Assembly: GCA_964519305.1 (NCBI GenBank) | Contig: CAZFHY010000004.1 | Coordinates: 122,774 to 186,773 of the forward strand | Length of the DNA stretch: 64,000 nt | Direction: 5' to 3' | DNA from: Candidatus Undinarchaeota archaeon | GTDB lineage: Archaea; SpSt-1190; JASMDC01 | Part shown: positions 17,825-27,607 of the stretch, one piece after another | Layout: every line of letters begins with the position of its first letter | Numbering within the stretch: position 1 is the first letter of the stretch | Translations under genes and position numbers: made by a program | The notes under the pieces: model-generated | The model's database searches: none | What the model saw: only the letters and a program-made list of their open reading frames with translations | Told to the model about the DNA's origin: nothing

Positions 17825-20235
17825 GTTATGATCCCATGCCGCAGGCCCAGGAGGGCGAAGTTGGCGGCGAAGTGGAACATTATCGGTACGGCCAACGAGC
17901 GTGATCTCCTTAGAAGGATCCCCGCTGCGTAACCGAACAGGGCGAGCATGATGAACACCATGGGAGAGATGCTCTTTCCAAAGTGGGCAGCAGCGAAGAG
18001 CAGTGCCTGTATCGTGCACGCGAGCTCGAACGGGAATGCCTTGGCCAGTGAGTGCAGGAGCGCGCCACGGAACCACAGTTCCTCGGCAACTGCGGTGAAT
18101 GCTGCGGTGATCACCACCCAGAGGACCAGGTTCGAGCCCCTGGGAAAGAGGAGCGTGGGCTCCCTCAACTCTTCGCCGACATATCCCCATGCCAGACCGA
18201 GAATCAGGGCACCGATGACGAAAAGAAGGGTGGGCCGCTCAAGGTACCCCTCCCGTCCCGCGATGATCACGTAGGGGAGCGACGCCTGGATGACCACAAG
18301 GTTCGCCAACAGCGTCCCGAGATGGATGGAGATGCCGAACAAATCACCGGTGAACACCGACACGAGTATGTGGAGGAGAAGGAGGATGAGGAACACGGAG
18401 AAGCCCTCCATGGCGTGCGACAGCCTTTTCGTGAACACGCCCCGGCACCCGAGCGACCAGAACGAGAGGACGTATAGGAAGGCGATTAGCAGCATGAACT
18501 GGGAGAGCCCCGGGGTCCCATATCGAAGGATTGCTGTGTACCCGGTGATGCCCAACGCGATCCAGGCGAGAACGAAATTGTCCTCGCCGCCACCGATGAA
18601 ATCCCTGGAGATCCATTGCCCCGCATGGTACAGGAAGAGCGGCAGGGCGCCCAAGTAGAAGGCGGCCGACACGACCAGCAGGTCGGCGAAGAACTTGGTA
18701 AGCATCACCCGTGTGAGGGGTTTGAGCGAGGGCGCCCACCGGAGGTTGAGCGTGTTCTTCACATTGCCCACATGTGCCTCTATCTCCGAGAACCCGTAGA
18801 GCACGGTATAGTTGGTTATGTAGAGCATGGACATGCTGAACAGCAGTAAGTACACGATCCAGCGACGCTCCTCTTGCCTGGCCAGGGCATGGAACCCGAG
18901 GATTAGCACCATTGTGAGGATGAGGAGGCTGGTGACGTCCAGCGGGATTGTCATCCCGAAGAGGGCTGGCGCGTCGGTTATGAGCTGGGTCCGCATGTCG
19001 ACGCCGATGATACCCGTCTGCGGATTGATACGCCGCAGCGTGATCCATGGGTTGAAGAGGAAGGTGAGGACAAGCGCGCACGCCACTCCCATCATCGGGG
19101 CGTACGACTTCACCTGTTCAAGGCGCTCGCCCTTCACATCCATCATCATGAGCAGCCATATGCCCATGGGAAGGAGGAGCAGGAGGAACAGACTGATCAC
19201 ACCGATGGCATACAGGAAGACGGTGAACCAGAGCTCCGCCCCCTGGTAGCGGATCGTCTCCGAATAGAGGAGGTGACTGAGCGGCTCGTGATGCTCGAGA
19301 CAGACGTCCTTGTACATCTGAGCCTGCGCGGGGCCCAGGCCCCTGCCGCGGGGCGAGCAGAGCACGTTCATGTAGAACGGATCGAGCTCGCTCCCCAGCA
19401 CGTACGGGATGAGGAAGTAGCCCGCGTCGGCCAGACCACGGGATATGAGGATGACGGACAGTCCCAGATGGAACAGACGGGGGGTCGTGAACAGCTTGGC
19501 GATGGTGAAGATGAAAGAGCGCTCCATATCGTCGATCTGGTTGGCGAACCCCGACGCGGATATCTGCTCGGAGAAGTGGAGGAAGTAGAGCGTGGAGATG
19601 AGGAAGAGCGCCTTGTCCACCGACGTTATCATCCACTGGGTGATGGGATCGAAGATGATCAGGAAGAACGCGATGAGGATGTAGTAGGAGAGGAGGTAGC
19701 GCGCCAGGACCATGAGCAGTGATGCTTCTTTCCCGTCCAGGTGCTGATCCAGCGGAGAACGGGCAAAACGCTCCCAGACCTTGTCCACATCCACCGAACG
19801 CACGTTGGCGAGCGCTGTCAGTATAATGTGGACCACTGAGTACAGCACACCCGGCCGGTCGAACGTGAACGTGATAGCGATATAGATGCACACGAGGTTG
19901 AGGATCACCTGGCCGAACACGAGCGAGTCGAACAGGAGGGTCGCCCGCCAGGCCTTGCTGATCTGGATGAGGTCCGTGGATGATTCCAGGGTGAGGACGT
20001 GCTTGAACGCGATCACGTAGAAGGCAAGCAGGATGAACTTGTTCAGGCGCCAATCCTCGCGGCCGAACACGTTCTCGGGCAGGTCGAACTCGTACCACAG
20101 GATGACGAGCATGAGGTAGGCCAGCGTCTTCTCGAACAGGTCGAGCTCGGGTGTTAGGAGTCCTAGGAAGTCGCCCATGGCAAGGAGCATACCCGAGATT
20201 ATCAGGAAGAAGCCTACTAGCTGCCGGGGCTCCAT
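17821..20235 (-). CDS. Large polytopic membrane protein with C-terminal CPBP (CAAX/Abi) intramembrane protease domain
   Basis: C-terminal EELWFRG, LFAAAH and HFAAN motifs; many TM helices upstream. Confidence 0.8.
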   Translation of the reverse strand: MEPRQLVGFFLIISGMLLAMGDFLGLLTPELDLFEKTLAYLMLVILWYEFDLPENVFGREDWRLNKFILLAFYVIAFKHVLTLESSTDLIQISKAWRATLLFDSLVFGQVILNLVCIYIAITFTFDRPGVLYSVVHIILTALANVRSVDVDKVWERFARSPLDQHLDGKEASLLMVLARYLLSYYILIAFFLIIFDPITQWMITSVDKALFLISTLYFLHFSEQISASGFANQIDDMERSFIFTIAKLFTTPRLFHLGLSVILISRGLADAGYFLIPYVLGSELDPFYMNVLCSPRGRGLGPAQAQMYKDVCLEHHEPLSHLLYSETIRYQGAELWFTVFLYAIGVISLFLLLLLPMGIWLLMMMDVKGERLEQVKSYAPMMGVACALVLTFLFNPWITLRRINPQTGIIGVDMRTQLITDAPALFGMTIPLDVTSLLILTMVLILGFHALARQEERRWIVYLLLFSMSMLYITNYTVLYGFSEIEAHVGNVKNTLNLRWAPSLKPLTRVMLTKFFADLLVVSAAFYLGALPLFLYHAGQWISRDFIGGGEDNFVLAWIALGITGYTAILRYGTPGLSQFMLLIAFLYVLSFWSLGCRGVFTKRLSHAMEGFSVFLILLLLHILVSVFTGDLFGISIHLGTLLANLVVIQASLPYVIIAGREGYLERPTLLFVIGALILGLAWGYVGEELREPTLLFPRGSNLVLWVVITAAFTAVAEELWFRGALLHSLAKAFPFELACTIQALLFAAAHFGKSISPMVFIMLALFGYAAGILLRRSRSLAVPIMFHFAANFALLGLRHGIIT

Positions 20236-20288
20236 GTTCCTGATGCCCGTTTTTTCGCTGTTCCCACCCGGGGGCGTCCCCTCCTGTG

Positions 20289-20978
20289 TCAGCGGGGCCC
20301 ACCTCCAGAGCAGAGGCGGGAGAGCATGACAGCGAGCTCGGCCATATCATCGGTACGTTGAGGGCATACGGCCAGCACCTCCTCGTCATGGGCGCGGAAG
20401 GCGATGGAATGCCCGGCCAGACGTAGCATGGGGATGTCGGGGCGTGCGTCGCCCACGGTAGCACAATCCGCTGGCGTCAGACCACGCTCGTCCAGCGCCG
20501 CTGCGAGGAGCTCGCCCTTGTTGTCTAGAGAGCACACCACTTCGACGCCTTCCACCAGCCCGTTCCTGTAGGTCAGCCGGTTGGTTATGTAGGGTACGGT
20601 CAGCTCTTTGCTGACACGCTCTGCGAGCACGTCGAGTCCGGAGGAGATTATCAGGTTCTGGGCTCCGGCTTCTGTGACCGCGGCCACTGCTTCGCGGGCG
20701 CCGGGGGTCAGCGGGATGTCGGCTACCAGCTGCTCCAGCCGTTCCCGCGGTGTACCGCGCATGAGCGCCACGTCCAGCTCGGCCCAGCGCTGATAGCTGA
20801 TCTTACCAGAGAAGTATAGCTCCTTGTTGGCGTCGCAGGCCTTGCCGTGCCCCAGGGTGCGCAGCAGATGGTCCCAGATGCTACGGACCTCGGTGAGCAC
20901 GCCGTCCAGGTCCCACACGACGAGACGGACAGGGAGTGCAGTCGTTCGCGCTGTGTCATCAGGTCCGTCAAATCCCAT
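20289..20978 (-). CDS. HAD-IB phosphatase (phosphoserine phosphatase-like)
   Basis: WDLDGVLT, ISSG, NK and VGDARPD motifs. Confidence 0.85.
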   Translation of the reverse strand: MGFDGPDDTARTTALPVRLVVWDLDGVLTEVRSIWDHLLRTLGHGKACDANKELYFSGKISYQRWAELDVALMRGTPRERLEQLVADIPLTPGAREAVAAVTEAGAQNLIISSGLDVLAERVSKELTVPYITNRLTYRNGLVEGVEVVCSLDNKGELLAAALDERGLTPADCATVGDARPDIPMLRLAGHSIAFRAHDEEVLAVCPQRTDDMAELAVMLSRLCSGGGPR

Positions 20979-21026
20979 CGCGCCGTCCTTCCCCTCTCGT
21001 TCTCCTGTTCGGTGCTCCTATCGTCC

Positions 21027-21707
21027 CTACCAGCAGGGCCCCTTCGTGATGCAGTCGCCGCACACGGTCTCCTCGTTGGTGAGGGCACCTTCCAGGATAG
21101 CGTCGTCCAGGTGGGCCCGGCAGAGGTCCGCGCCCCGCAGGTCCGCGCCGGTGAGGTCAGCGTCGATGAACTGCGTGTCGTGGCAGCTGGCACCCCGGAG
21201 GTTCGCACCACGGAGGTCGGCCATGGCCAACTGCGCTCCGTGTAGGAACGCGTCGGAGAGGTCCGCACCACGAAGGGTGGCGTTGTTCATGCGGACACCC
21301 GGCGCGCGGGCCCAGGAGAGGTCCGCCATGGTCAGATCTGCTTTGGTGAGTACCGTGCCCATGAGATTCGCCTCCTTCATGACCGCTCCTGCGAGATTGG
21401 CGCCCCTGAGCTCCGCGAACTGGAGGTCCGCCTTCTCAAGATCGCATGCAAGGCAGGAGTTAGCGACCAGGAGATAGTTCACCTCGTTGCCCGTCCGGGG
21501 CCGTGGTGTGGGCCGTGCGGACGGGAGGGGTGTGGCCACGGGTGTCGGCCGGGGGTCACCAGGGGCCGGCGTGGGCGTCGGCCCTTCGGACAACATCGCT
21601 GGAGGAAGGAGCGCTACGTCCATCCCGAGGTCGAGCCCTTCCATGCAGCCGGCGCTGGCGACGAGGGCCAACAGGACGCAGGCGATGAAAGCGTTCGACC
21701 TATCCAA
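21027..21707 (-). CDS. Pentapeptide repeat protein with lipoprotein-like signal
   Basis: Hydrophobic N-terminus ending LVASAGC, a Pro/Thr linker and tandem A(D/N)Lxx repeats. The start codon is TTG. Confidence 0.85.
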   Translation of the reverse strand: MDRSNAFIACVLLALVASAGCMEGLDLGMDVALLPPAMLSEGPTPTPAPGDPRPTPVATPLPSARPTPRPRTGNEVNYLLVANSCLACDLEKADLQFAELRGANLAGAVMKEANLMGTVLTKADLTMADLSWARAPGVRMNNATLRGADLSDAFLHGAQLAMADLRGANLRGASCHDTQFIDADLTGADLRGADLCRAHLDDAILEGALTNEETVCGDCITKGPCW

Positions 21708-21837
21708 GTCTAACTACCTAGGCAGTGGTGAGCGACTACCCATTATAAAACTACTCTCCTTGGAGGCGGATGGAGGACAGTGGTTCTTTGATGGATACAT
21801 GTCCGCAAAGAAGTCCCTCTCACAAAGGTGAGAAATA

Positions 21838-24800
21838 ATGGTAAGGAGTGAGGGCATTCAAGGAAAACGATTGAGCCTTGAGAGCGAAGACTATCTACTA
21901 AGCGTCCTGCTCGCCCTCACTATCATATTCTGCATCCTCCACGGGACATCGCTCGAGCTCAAGGACTTCACGAACAGGGCAATCGGTATCTCTGTTGTCG
22001 CGGGGATCGATGCTCCCTATCGTGGTCTCCTCTATTTCGTTGCCATCGGAGCGTCGATAGTACTGATCATCGGCAATCTGTTGATCTTCGGGACCGTGAA
22101 CACACATCTTCGAAAGAAACCGCTATATGCGCTCGATAATGAGCTGCGTGCCCTCCTCTTCGACGTATCCCTCTTCGCACTTATGATGTTCTCCCTATTC
22201 CTGCTGACCGGGGAGGACCTCTTCTTCAACATCATGTGCCTTTTCTTCGTATACCTGATCATCCTATACTGCTATGTCGTCGTCAGGGCGATCGCACGGA
22301 CATGCGATGCCACCTTCATTGACACGTGGTCCCCGGACAGACAAGTCCTCGTCTACGGCCTGCTCTTCCCATACCCGCTCTTCTTCATCCACTGGACCTT
22401 GACGGACAGCACGTTCACCGTGAGCTCCTGGCACCTGATCGCGTACCCGTTCCTTGTGTGCGTCTTCTTCCTGGTCTATGCCGCTCTCATCGAGGCGCTC
22501 CGTGCCCTTTCTATCAAGAGGGCACGGCTCGACGACGCCCTCGCCCTCTCCTCCATATTGTATGTGCTCATACCGATATCGGTCCCGCTCATGAACGAGC
22601 TGCAGTACACGCTCTCGTCCCGGTCAACGGTCCCCCCTCAGACCCTCGCATTGTTGACCTGCGGGCTCCTTGTTCTCACGAGCGTCCTCCTGTTCCTCGT
22701 CTCGCTCCTTCGTCCGTTCACCCGTCCGACGTGCTACCGGATAGTCGAGTGGTACTACCTCCCGCTCATCATCGCCACCGTCACGCTCTACGCATGGCAC
22801 GAACACGTCCTATCCTATGTCTGTTACGACCTCCACCACCTCGGTCAAGAGATGCTCGCCTCCCACCAGCTCTACAATTTCGGGAGTGTTCCCTACATCG
22901 ACATCCTCCCCACCCACGGAATGACCGAGGCCGTACCAAAGATAGTCTATTCCCTCGTCAACGGATACCGTCTCGTCGAGCCCATGCTGTGGAACTGGCT
23001 CCTCATGATACCGGCCATGCTCATCATCTACGCCTTTCTATCGGTCGTGGCCGGGCCCACGTTCGCGTTCATCAGCGTGCTGACGCTCCCAATGATCAGG
23101 GGGACCTATGGGACGTTCGGTCTCATGCACGGTTCCTACTATTACGAATCGCTCCTTTTCACCCTCCTTCCCATTCTCCTTCTGCCGCGGCTGCTGCGAG
23201 GCGGGAGGTTCCCTCATCTGGTGCTCTTCTGGTCGTACCAGTTCCTCCTCTTCTTCTGGAGGATGGACCTGTGCTTCGCTTCCCTCGGGGCGTCCACCCT
23301 CATCTGGGCCTTCGTATTCCTCAGCAGGTGGCACCGGGCCGATCCACAAGACCATGTGCCCGCGAGGGAGGTGGTCTACTCCTTCCTCCTCGCGTTCGTG
23401 TCCACGGCCTCGCTGTACATGGCCATCGTCCTGGTGACCAGTGATGTCCCGCTGTCCACCCTTCTTGAACGGTACCGGGACTTCCTGAGCGTGGGCGGTC
23501 GCGCCCTCACGGCGGAGTCCCTCTTCGACACACGGACGCATCAAATCTCCCGCATCCTCTTCCAGTACCTCCTCATCCCCTCGGTCTCGGTCGTGTACAT
23601 CTGCTATGCCATCATCAAGGGCTTCTTCCAGCGAGCGCCGCTCACGACCCGGCAGCTGACCCTCCTGCACCTCAGCATCTACACTATGGCCCTCTTCGTC
23701 AGGTCCGTGATCCGCTATAGTCTCTTCCGGGTCGGATACTGCACCTTTTTCTCCTATTTCCTGGCCATGTGCATTCTGTTCTACTTCGAGATCAGGCGTA
23801 CTGACCTGGCCAAGGCGTTCTTCGTGCTACTGGCCCTGCTCTATATCGCTGCCTTCCCGCGTATCGACATCCTGCTCGATGACGACCTGTTCAGCTTCCA
23901 TGAATGGGTGCCCGGTATGACGAGATTGAGGGACAATGACGTCCAGTACGGGCGCATCGTCGAGTTCTTCGATCATCACCTCGGTCCCGAGCAGACCTTC
24001 TTCGACTTCACAAATCTCCCCCTTCTATACGTGATGGCCGACAGGAGGGTCGTCACCTCGATCCCTGTGAACTTGGCCCAGACGTCGGAAAGGATCCAGA
24101 CCTCGGTATTGGAAGAGCTCGAGGCTGCGAATAGTGTGGAGCTTATCCCGTTCGTCGTGTTCAAGCAGAACGGTGCCTCGTGCAATATGAAAGGTATGGA
24201 CTGGGACCGTGCGGACGGCGTTTCGAACGAAGTGCGTAGTTACCGCGTGGCCGAGTTCATCTACCGTAACTATCATCCATTGGGACGTGTTGGATCCTAT
24301 GAGCTATGGATCGACAACGATGAGGCGTTCCAGGCAAGGGCGCCGGCGGAGGTCGTGCTGCCCATCACGCGCAAGACCATCGGGCCCGACACGGCTACCG
24401 ATGCCGATGGGCCGATATCATGCCCTTATAATGGAGGACCTTGTCTGCGGATGTGGGATTTCCTCGACCTCAGCGGCCTCGCCACGAGCGAGCTGGGCAG
24501 GAAGCGGGGGACATCGAGCACCCTGAACCTCACCTACGTGAGCTCAAAGAAGAGCAGCGGACTGATCAGGTTCGACTGTCGCTATCCATCCCACGTGGTC
24601 GGCTTGTTCGAACCCTTCCCCATCAAGGATCAGGAGAGGACGGAAGTGTCAATCCCGCTCCCTGAAGACTGCATGGTAGGTGAGCTCGAGAACATTACAC
24701 TGGACGTCCCGACCGACGCCACGTTCGAGGTCATGGATGCACGTATCGTAGAGAGGCGCTCGTTCAGTCAAGCGGACTCTGTGGTCACTCAGCATTTCGA

Positions 24801-25191
24801 GCTCAGGGAGCTACCGCGCATCTGGGCATCGTTCGATGAGAAGGATGCCACCCACAGAACCGATGTCATCGCCACGCCCTATGATGGTCCCGAGGAGCTG
24901 ATCGTAGATTGGCAGGACATCACGCTGCCCGTCGATCCCAACATCGATAAGCGGTCCGGTAACTATCTCCACATCAGGGCGAGGGCGAACGATGCTGCTA
25001 CCATTTTCGTGCGATATGGGACGATGGGGTCCACGTTCTCGTTCAATGTCCGCCAGTCCGAGGAATTCAACGATTATCTCATCCGTCTGAGCACTCAGTG
25101 GTCATGGATGACGGAGGATATCGATGCGTTCCATGTGACCGCCTCGTATCCGGTCAGGATAGAGAGCGTATACGTCAGGGGAGGGGACTGA
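21838..25191 (+). CDS. Very large polytopic membrane protein with soluble C-terminal region, possibly GT-C-like
   Basis: 1117 aa with many TM helices, a loop motif DLHHLG..G.VPY.D..PTHG and a beta-rich C-terminus. Confidence 0.6.
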   Translation: MVRSEGIQGKRLSLESEDYLLSVLLALTIIFCILHGTSLELKDFTNRAIGISVVAGIDAPYRGLLYFVAIGASIVLIIGNLLIFGTVNTHLRKKPLYALDNELRALLFDVSLFALMMFSLFLLTGEDLFFNIMCLFFVYLIILYCYVVVRAIARTCDATFIDTWSPDRQVLVYGLLFPYPLFFIHWTLTDSTFTVSSWHLIAYPFLVCVFFLVYAALIEALRALSIKRARLDDALALSSILYVLIPISVPLMNELQYTLSSRSTVPPQTLALLTCGLLVLTSVLLFLVSLLRPFTRPTCYRIVEWYYLPLIIATVTLYAWHEHVLSYVCYDLHHLGQEMLASHQLYNFGSVPYIDILPTHGMTEAVPKIVYSLVNGYRLVEPMLWNWLLMIPAMLIIYAFLSVVAGPTFAFISVLTLPMIRGTYGTFGLMHGSYYYESLLFTLLPILLLPRLLRGGRFPHLVLFWSYQFLLFFWRMDLCFASLGASTLIWAFVFLSRWHRADPQDHVPAREVVYSFLLAFVSTASLYMAIVLVTSDVPLSTLLERYRDFLSVGGRALTAESLFDTRTHQISRILFQYLLIPSVSVVYICYAIIKGFFQRAPLTTRQLTLLHLSIYTMALFVRSVIRYSLFRVGYCTFFSYFLAMCILFYFEIRRTDLAKAFFVLLALLYIAAFPRIDILLDDDLFSFHEWVPGMTRLRDNDVQYGRIVEFFDHHLGPEQTFFDFTNLPLLYVMADRRVVTSIPVNLAQTSERIQTSVLEELEAANSVELIPFVVFKQNGASCNMKGMDWDRADGVSNEVRSYRVAEFIYRNYHPLGRVGSYELWIDNDEAFQARAPAEVVLPITRKTIGPDTATDADGPISCPYNGGPCLRMWDFLDLSGLATSELGRKRGTSSTLNLTYVSSKKSSGLIRFDCRYPSHVVGLFEPFPIKDQERTEVSIPLPEDCMVGELENITLDVPTDATFEVMDARIVERRSFSQADSVVTQHFELRELPRIWASFDEKDATHRTDVIATPYDGPEELIVDWQDITLPVDPNIDKRSGNYLHIRARANDAATIFVRYGTMGSTFSFNVRQSEEFNDYLIRLSTQWSWMTEDIDAFHVTASYPVRIESVYVRGGD

Positions 25192-25194
25192 TCC

Positions 25195-26712
25195 CTACAT
25201 GAACGCGTCCACGTCGCGTTCCGTTATCTCGACACCGTTCTCGTAGTCGCTGGCCGCGTCCTCCAGCCCGCGTGCGTGGGACGGCTCGCTGGACCGGCGG
25301 CGGCGCACCTTGATGAAGGCCGGGTAGTTGACCGCCGCGCCTACGACGAGAGCCTCGCCCACCCGCAGGCTAGAGATGGTGTTCAGGACCTCGCGAGATA
25401 TCCCCTCGCTGGATCGTCCGATGTGGTCGAGGTCGTATGGATTGGTGACCCTGAGGATTATATGGGTGTTGCACTGGGACAGGGCGGTGGTGGAGAGCTG
25501 GATGGGACGCTGGCTGATGAGGCAGAGACCAGCGTAGAACTTACGTCCCTCCCGAGCGATCTTCTGGATGATGGAGCGTGACAGCGCCTGCTCCCGTGCT
25601 TCGCCCCCGGGCACGTAGTTGTGTGCTTCCTCGACCACCTGCACGTACGGGCACACCTCGCCCCGCTGCCGGAGCTTGAAGATGGTCCGTGACACGTGAG
25701 TGACGATGATCTGCTTGGCCCGGAGGCTAGTGAGGGGGGACATGTCGATGATGACGGCCTTCCCCGGTTTGACCAATCGCTTGAGGCTGGGCCGGTCCTT
25801 CTTGGCGAAGAGCTTGGTGGCATGCAGGTCATTGAGCCAGCCGACGAGGGCGGGCACGATGTTCTCATGGATGGACTCGTCGCTCCTCACTAGCTCGATC
25901 AGGTCGGTCAGGTCGTATTTGCCGCGCATCTCCTCCCGCGCCCGAGCGATGACCCGCGACAGTTCCCTCCGCTGGGCAGACGACATCCTGGGGAGGTATT
26001 CCGCGATTCCGAAGGCGGATAGCTTGGGCACGGCGATGCGGTAGTCGTCCCCTCCGACCACTGTGACCTTGCCAGCGCCCACGGGATCATCGGCCTGGCC
26101 AAGGGAGGTGTACTCCCCGTGGCCGTCGAGCACCACGAGCGCTACGCGGCCTTTGCCCTCGGGGCGCGACAGCAGTTCCTCCATGAGCACGGTCGTGAGG
26201 TAGGACTTTCCAGCGCCCGAGAGCGCGAGGATGGCCACATGCTTCTGGAAGAGACGGGTGAGGTTGAGCCGGGCGTCCAGGTCGTGATGGGCCACGCTCC
26301 CGATATGTATCCCGTCGGTCTCGATACCAAGGAATGTCCTCAGTGTATCGCTGTCGGCCAGGGCCACCTTGGTGCCCGGTGACGGGGGGAAGGAGGGACG
26401 CTGGACACCATCGCGGAGCACTCCCAGGGGGACGGCGTCGCCCACCAGGAACTCCCACCGGTCGGTGGGAAAGAGTGCGCCCAGTGTGGAGCCACCGCGC
26501 TCGTACTCCTTGACAGACTCGGCCCTTGCGAAATATCGGTTCGTCTTGCGCAGGTCCACGACCCGGGCGATAAGGGTGCCCTCCTCGCAGTCGACCTTGA
26601 CGAACTGGTCCTTGCGCACGGGCATGGGTTCGCCGCCCTCCCGCACGACGAACGAGAAACGAGTAGGGGACGGCCCCTCCAGCGAGGAGATCACGGTGCC
26701 GACCTCGTCCAT
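25195..26712 (-). CDS. herA: HerA-family ATPase/helicase
   Basis: N-terminal HAS-barrel-like region, HVAILALSGAGKS Walker A, DGHGEY, EEAHNY, IAREGRKF and SQRP. Confidence 0.9.
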   Translation of the reverse strand: MDEVGTVISSLEGPSPTRFSFVVREGGEPMPVRKDQFVKVDCEEGTLIARVVDLRKTNRYFARAESVKEYERGGSTLGALFPTDRWEFLVGDAVPLGVLRDGVQRPSFPPSPGTKVALADSDTLRTFLGIETDGIHIGSVAHHDLDARLNLTRLFQKHVAILALSGAGKSYLTTVLMEELLSRPEGKGRVALVVLDGHGEYTSLGQADDPVGAGKVTVVGGDDYRIAVPKLSAFGIAEYLPRMSSAQRRELSRVIARAREEMRGKYDLTDLIELVRSDESIHENIVPALVGWLNDLHATKLFAKKDRPSLKRLVKPGKAVIIDMSPLTSLRAKQIIVTHVSRTIFKLRQRGEVCPYVQVVEEAHNYVPGGEAREQALSRSIIQKIAREGRKFYAGLCLISQRPIQLSTTALSQCNTHIILRVTNPYDLDHIGRSSEGISREVLNTISSLRVGEALVVGAAVNYPAFIKVRRRRSSEPSHARGLEDAASDYENGVEITERDVDAFM

Positions 26713-26783
26713 CGATGGACTCCACCGCACCTTTAAATAAAAAGATTTACTCACAACTGTTCCAGTTAATACGGGGCCATACA

Positions 26784-27602
26784 ATGCCGACACTAGGACG
26801 ACGGGTCATCCGGAAGGTCATCAAGAAGCCCACACCGCCCGAGGGCCCAAGCCGCGAGATCGTAGACCGCATAGAGCGGGATAAAGCCCGCCTCCACAAC
26901 TGGATGGAGGGTAACATCGACCGCATCAAAGGGTGGAAGGGTGAGGAGCGCCGCATCCGGGAGCTCGAGCACCGCTTCGAGGAGGTCGAGGAAGAGGCAT
27001 CGGTCCCCATCACCGTCGACGAATCTCGGATACTCGAGCACGACATCGGGCTGCTAGAGGACCACATCACTGCCCTTGAGCGGTCCAGTGCTTTCAAGGA
27101 GCTGAAGGGCCAGCCCGCTCCGAAAGCAACAACTCAGGTCCGTACGACCGCGGCCGGGCCGGTGCCCCGTGTCCGTCCGGCATCGACAGCACCTATGCAG
27201 GGACCGAGAGGTCCACCCCGACCGGGACCCGGTGAGAGGAAGGCCACTGACGATGTGCTCGACCGCATCGACGGTGTGCTCGACAAGATGGAGTCGACCA
27301 TGGGCGTGTGGGCCAACGCTACCCGCATCTCACCCGAGAAGGTCATGCGCTCCAAACGGCGGTCCGGTGAGGGGCTACCACAGGACAATTACCAGCTCGT
27401 CGGCCGGTTCCTCGCCAACCTGGTGCAGAAGGGCACGCTCGGGCCCCCCAGCGCTATAACGCGCGAGCGCGTTCTCCGGGCCTTGCCCGGCATCTATGCA
27501 GGCGTCGCCAAGTACCTGAAGGTCACACCCGAGGAGGTCAGGCTCTCTCCACAGGAGGAAGAGAAGCTGGCCGCCGAGCTCGTTCGGGCCGTTTCCCAGT
27601 AG
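26784..27602 (+). CDS. Hypothetical protein (coiled coil, Pro-rich linker, helical C-terminus)
   Basis: The ORF fills the gap, divergent from herA, and has typical codon use. Confidence 0.6.
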   Translation: MPTLGRRVIRKVIKKPTPPEGPSREIVDRIERDKARLHNWMEGNIDRIKGWKGEERRIRELEHRFEEVEEEASVPITVDESRILEHDIGLLEDHITALERSSAFKELKGQPAPKATTQVRTTAAGPVPRVRPASTAPMQGPRGPPRPGPGERKATDDVLDRIDGVLDKMESTMGVWANATRISPEKVMRSKRRSGEGLPQDNYQLVGRFLANLVQKGTLGPPSAITRERVLRALPGIYAGVAKYLKVTPEEVRLSPQEEEKLAAELVRAVSQ

Positions 27603-27607
27603 AGGAC

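Noticed and set aside
19118-23444. Long alternative-frame ORFs (19118..20464 and 22326..23444)
   Set aside because: These are Arg/Pro-rich shadow frames of GC-rich membrane-protein genes with no motifs.
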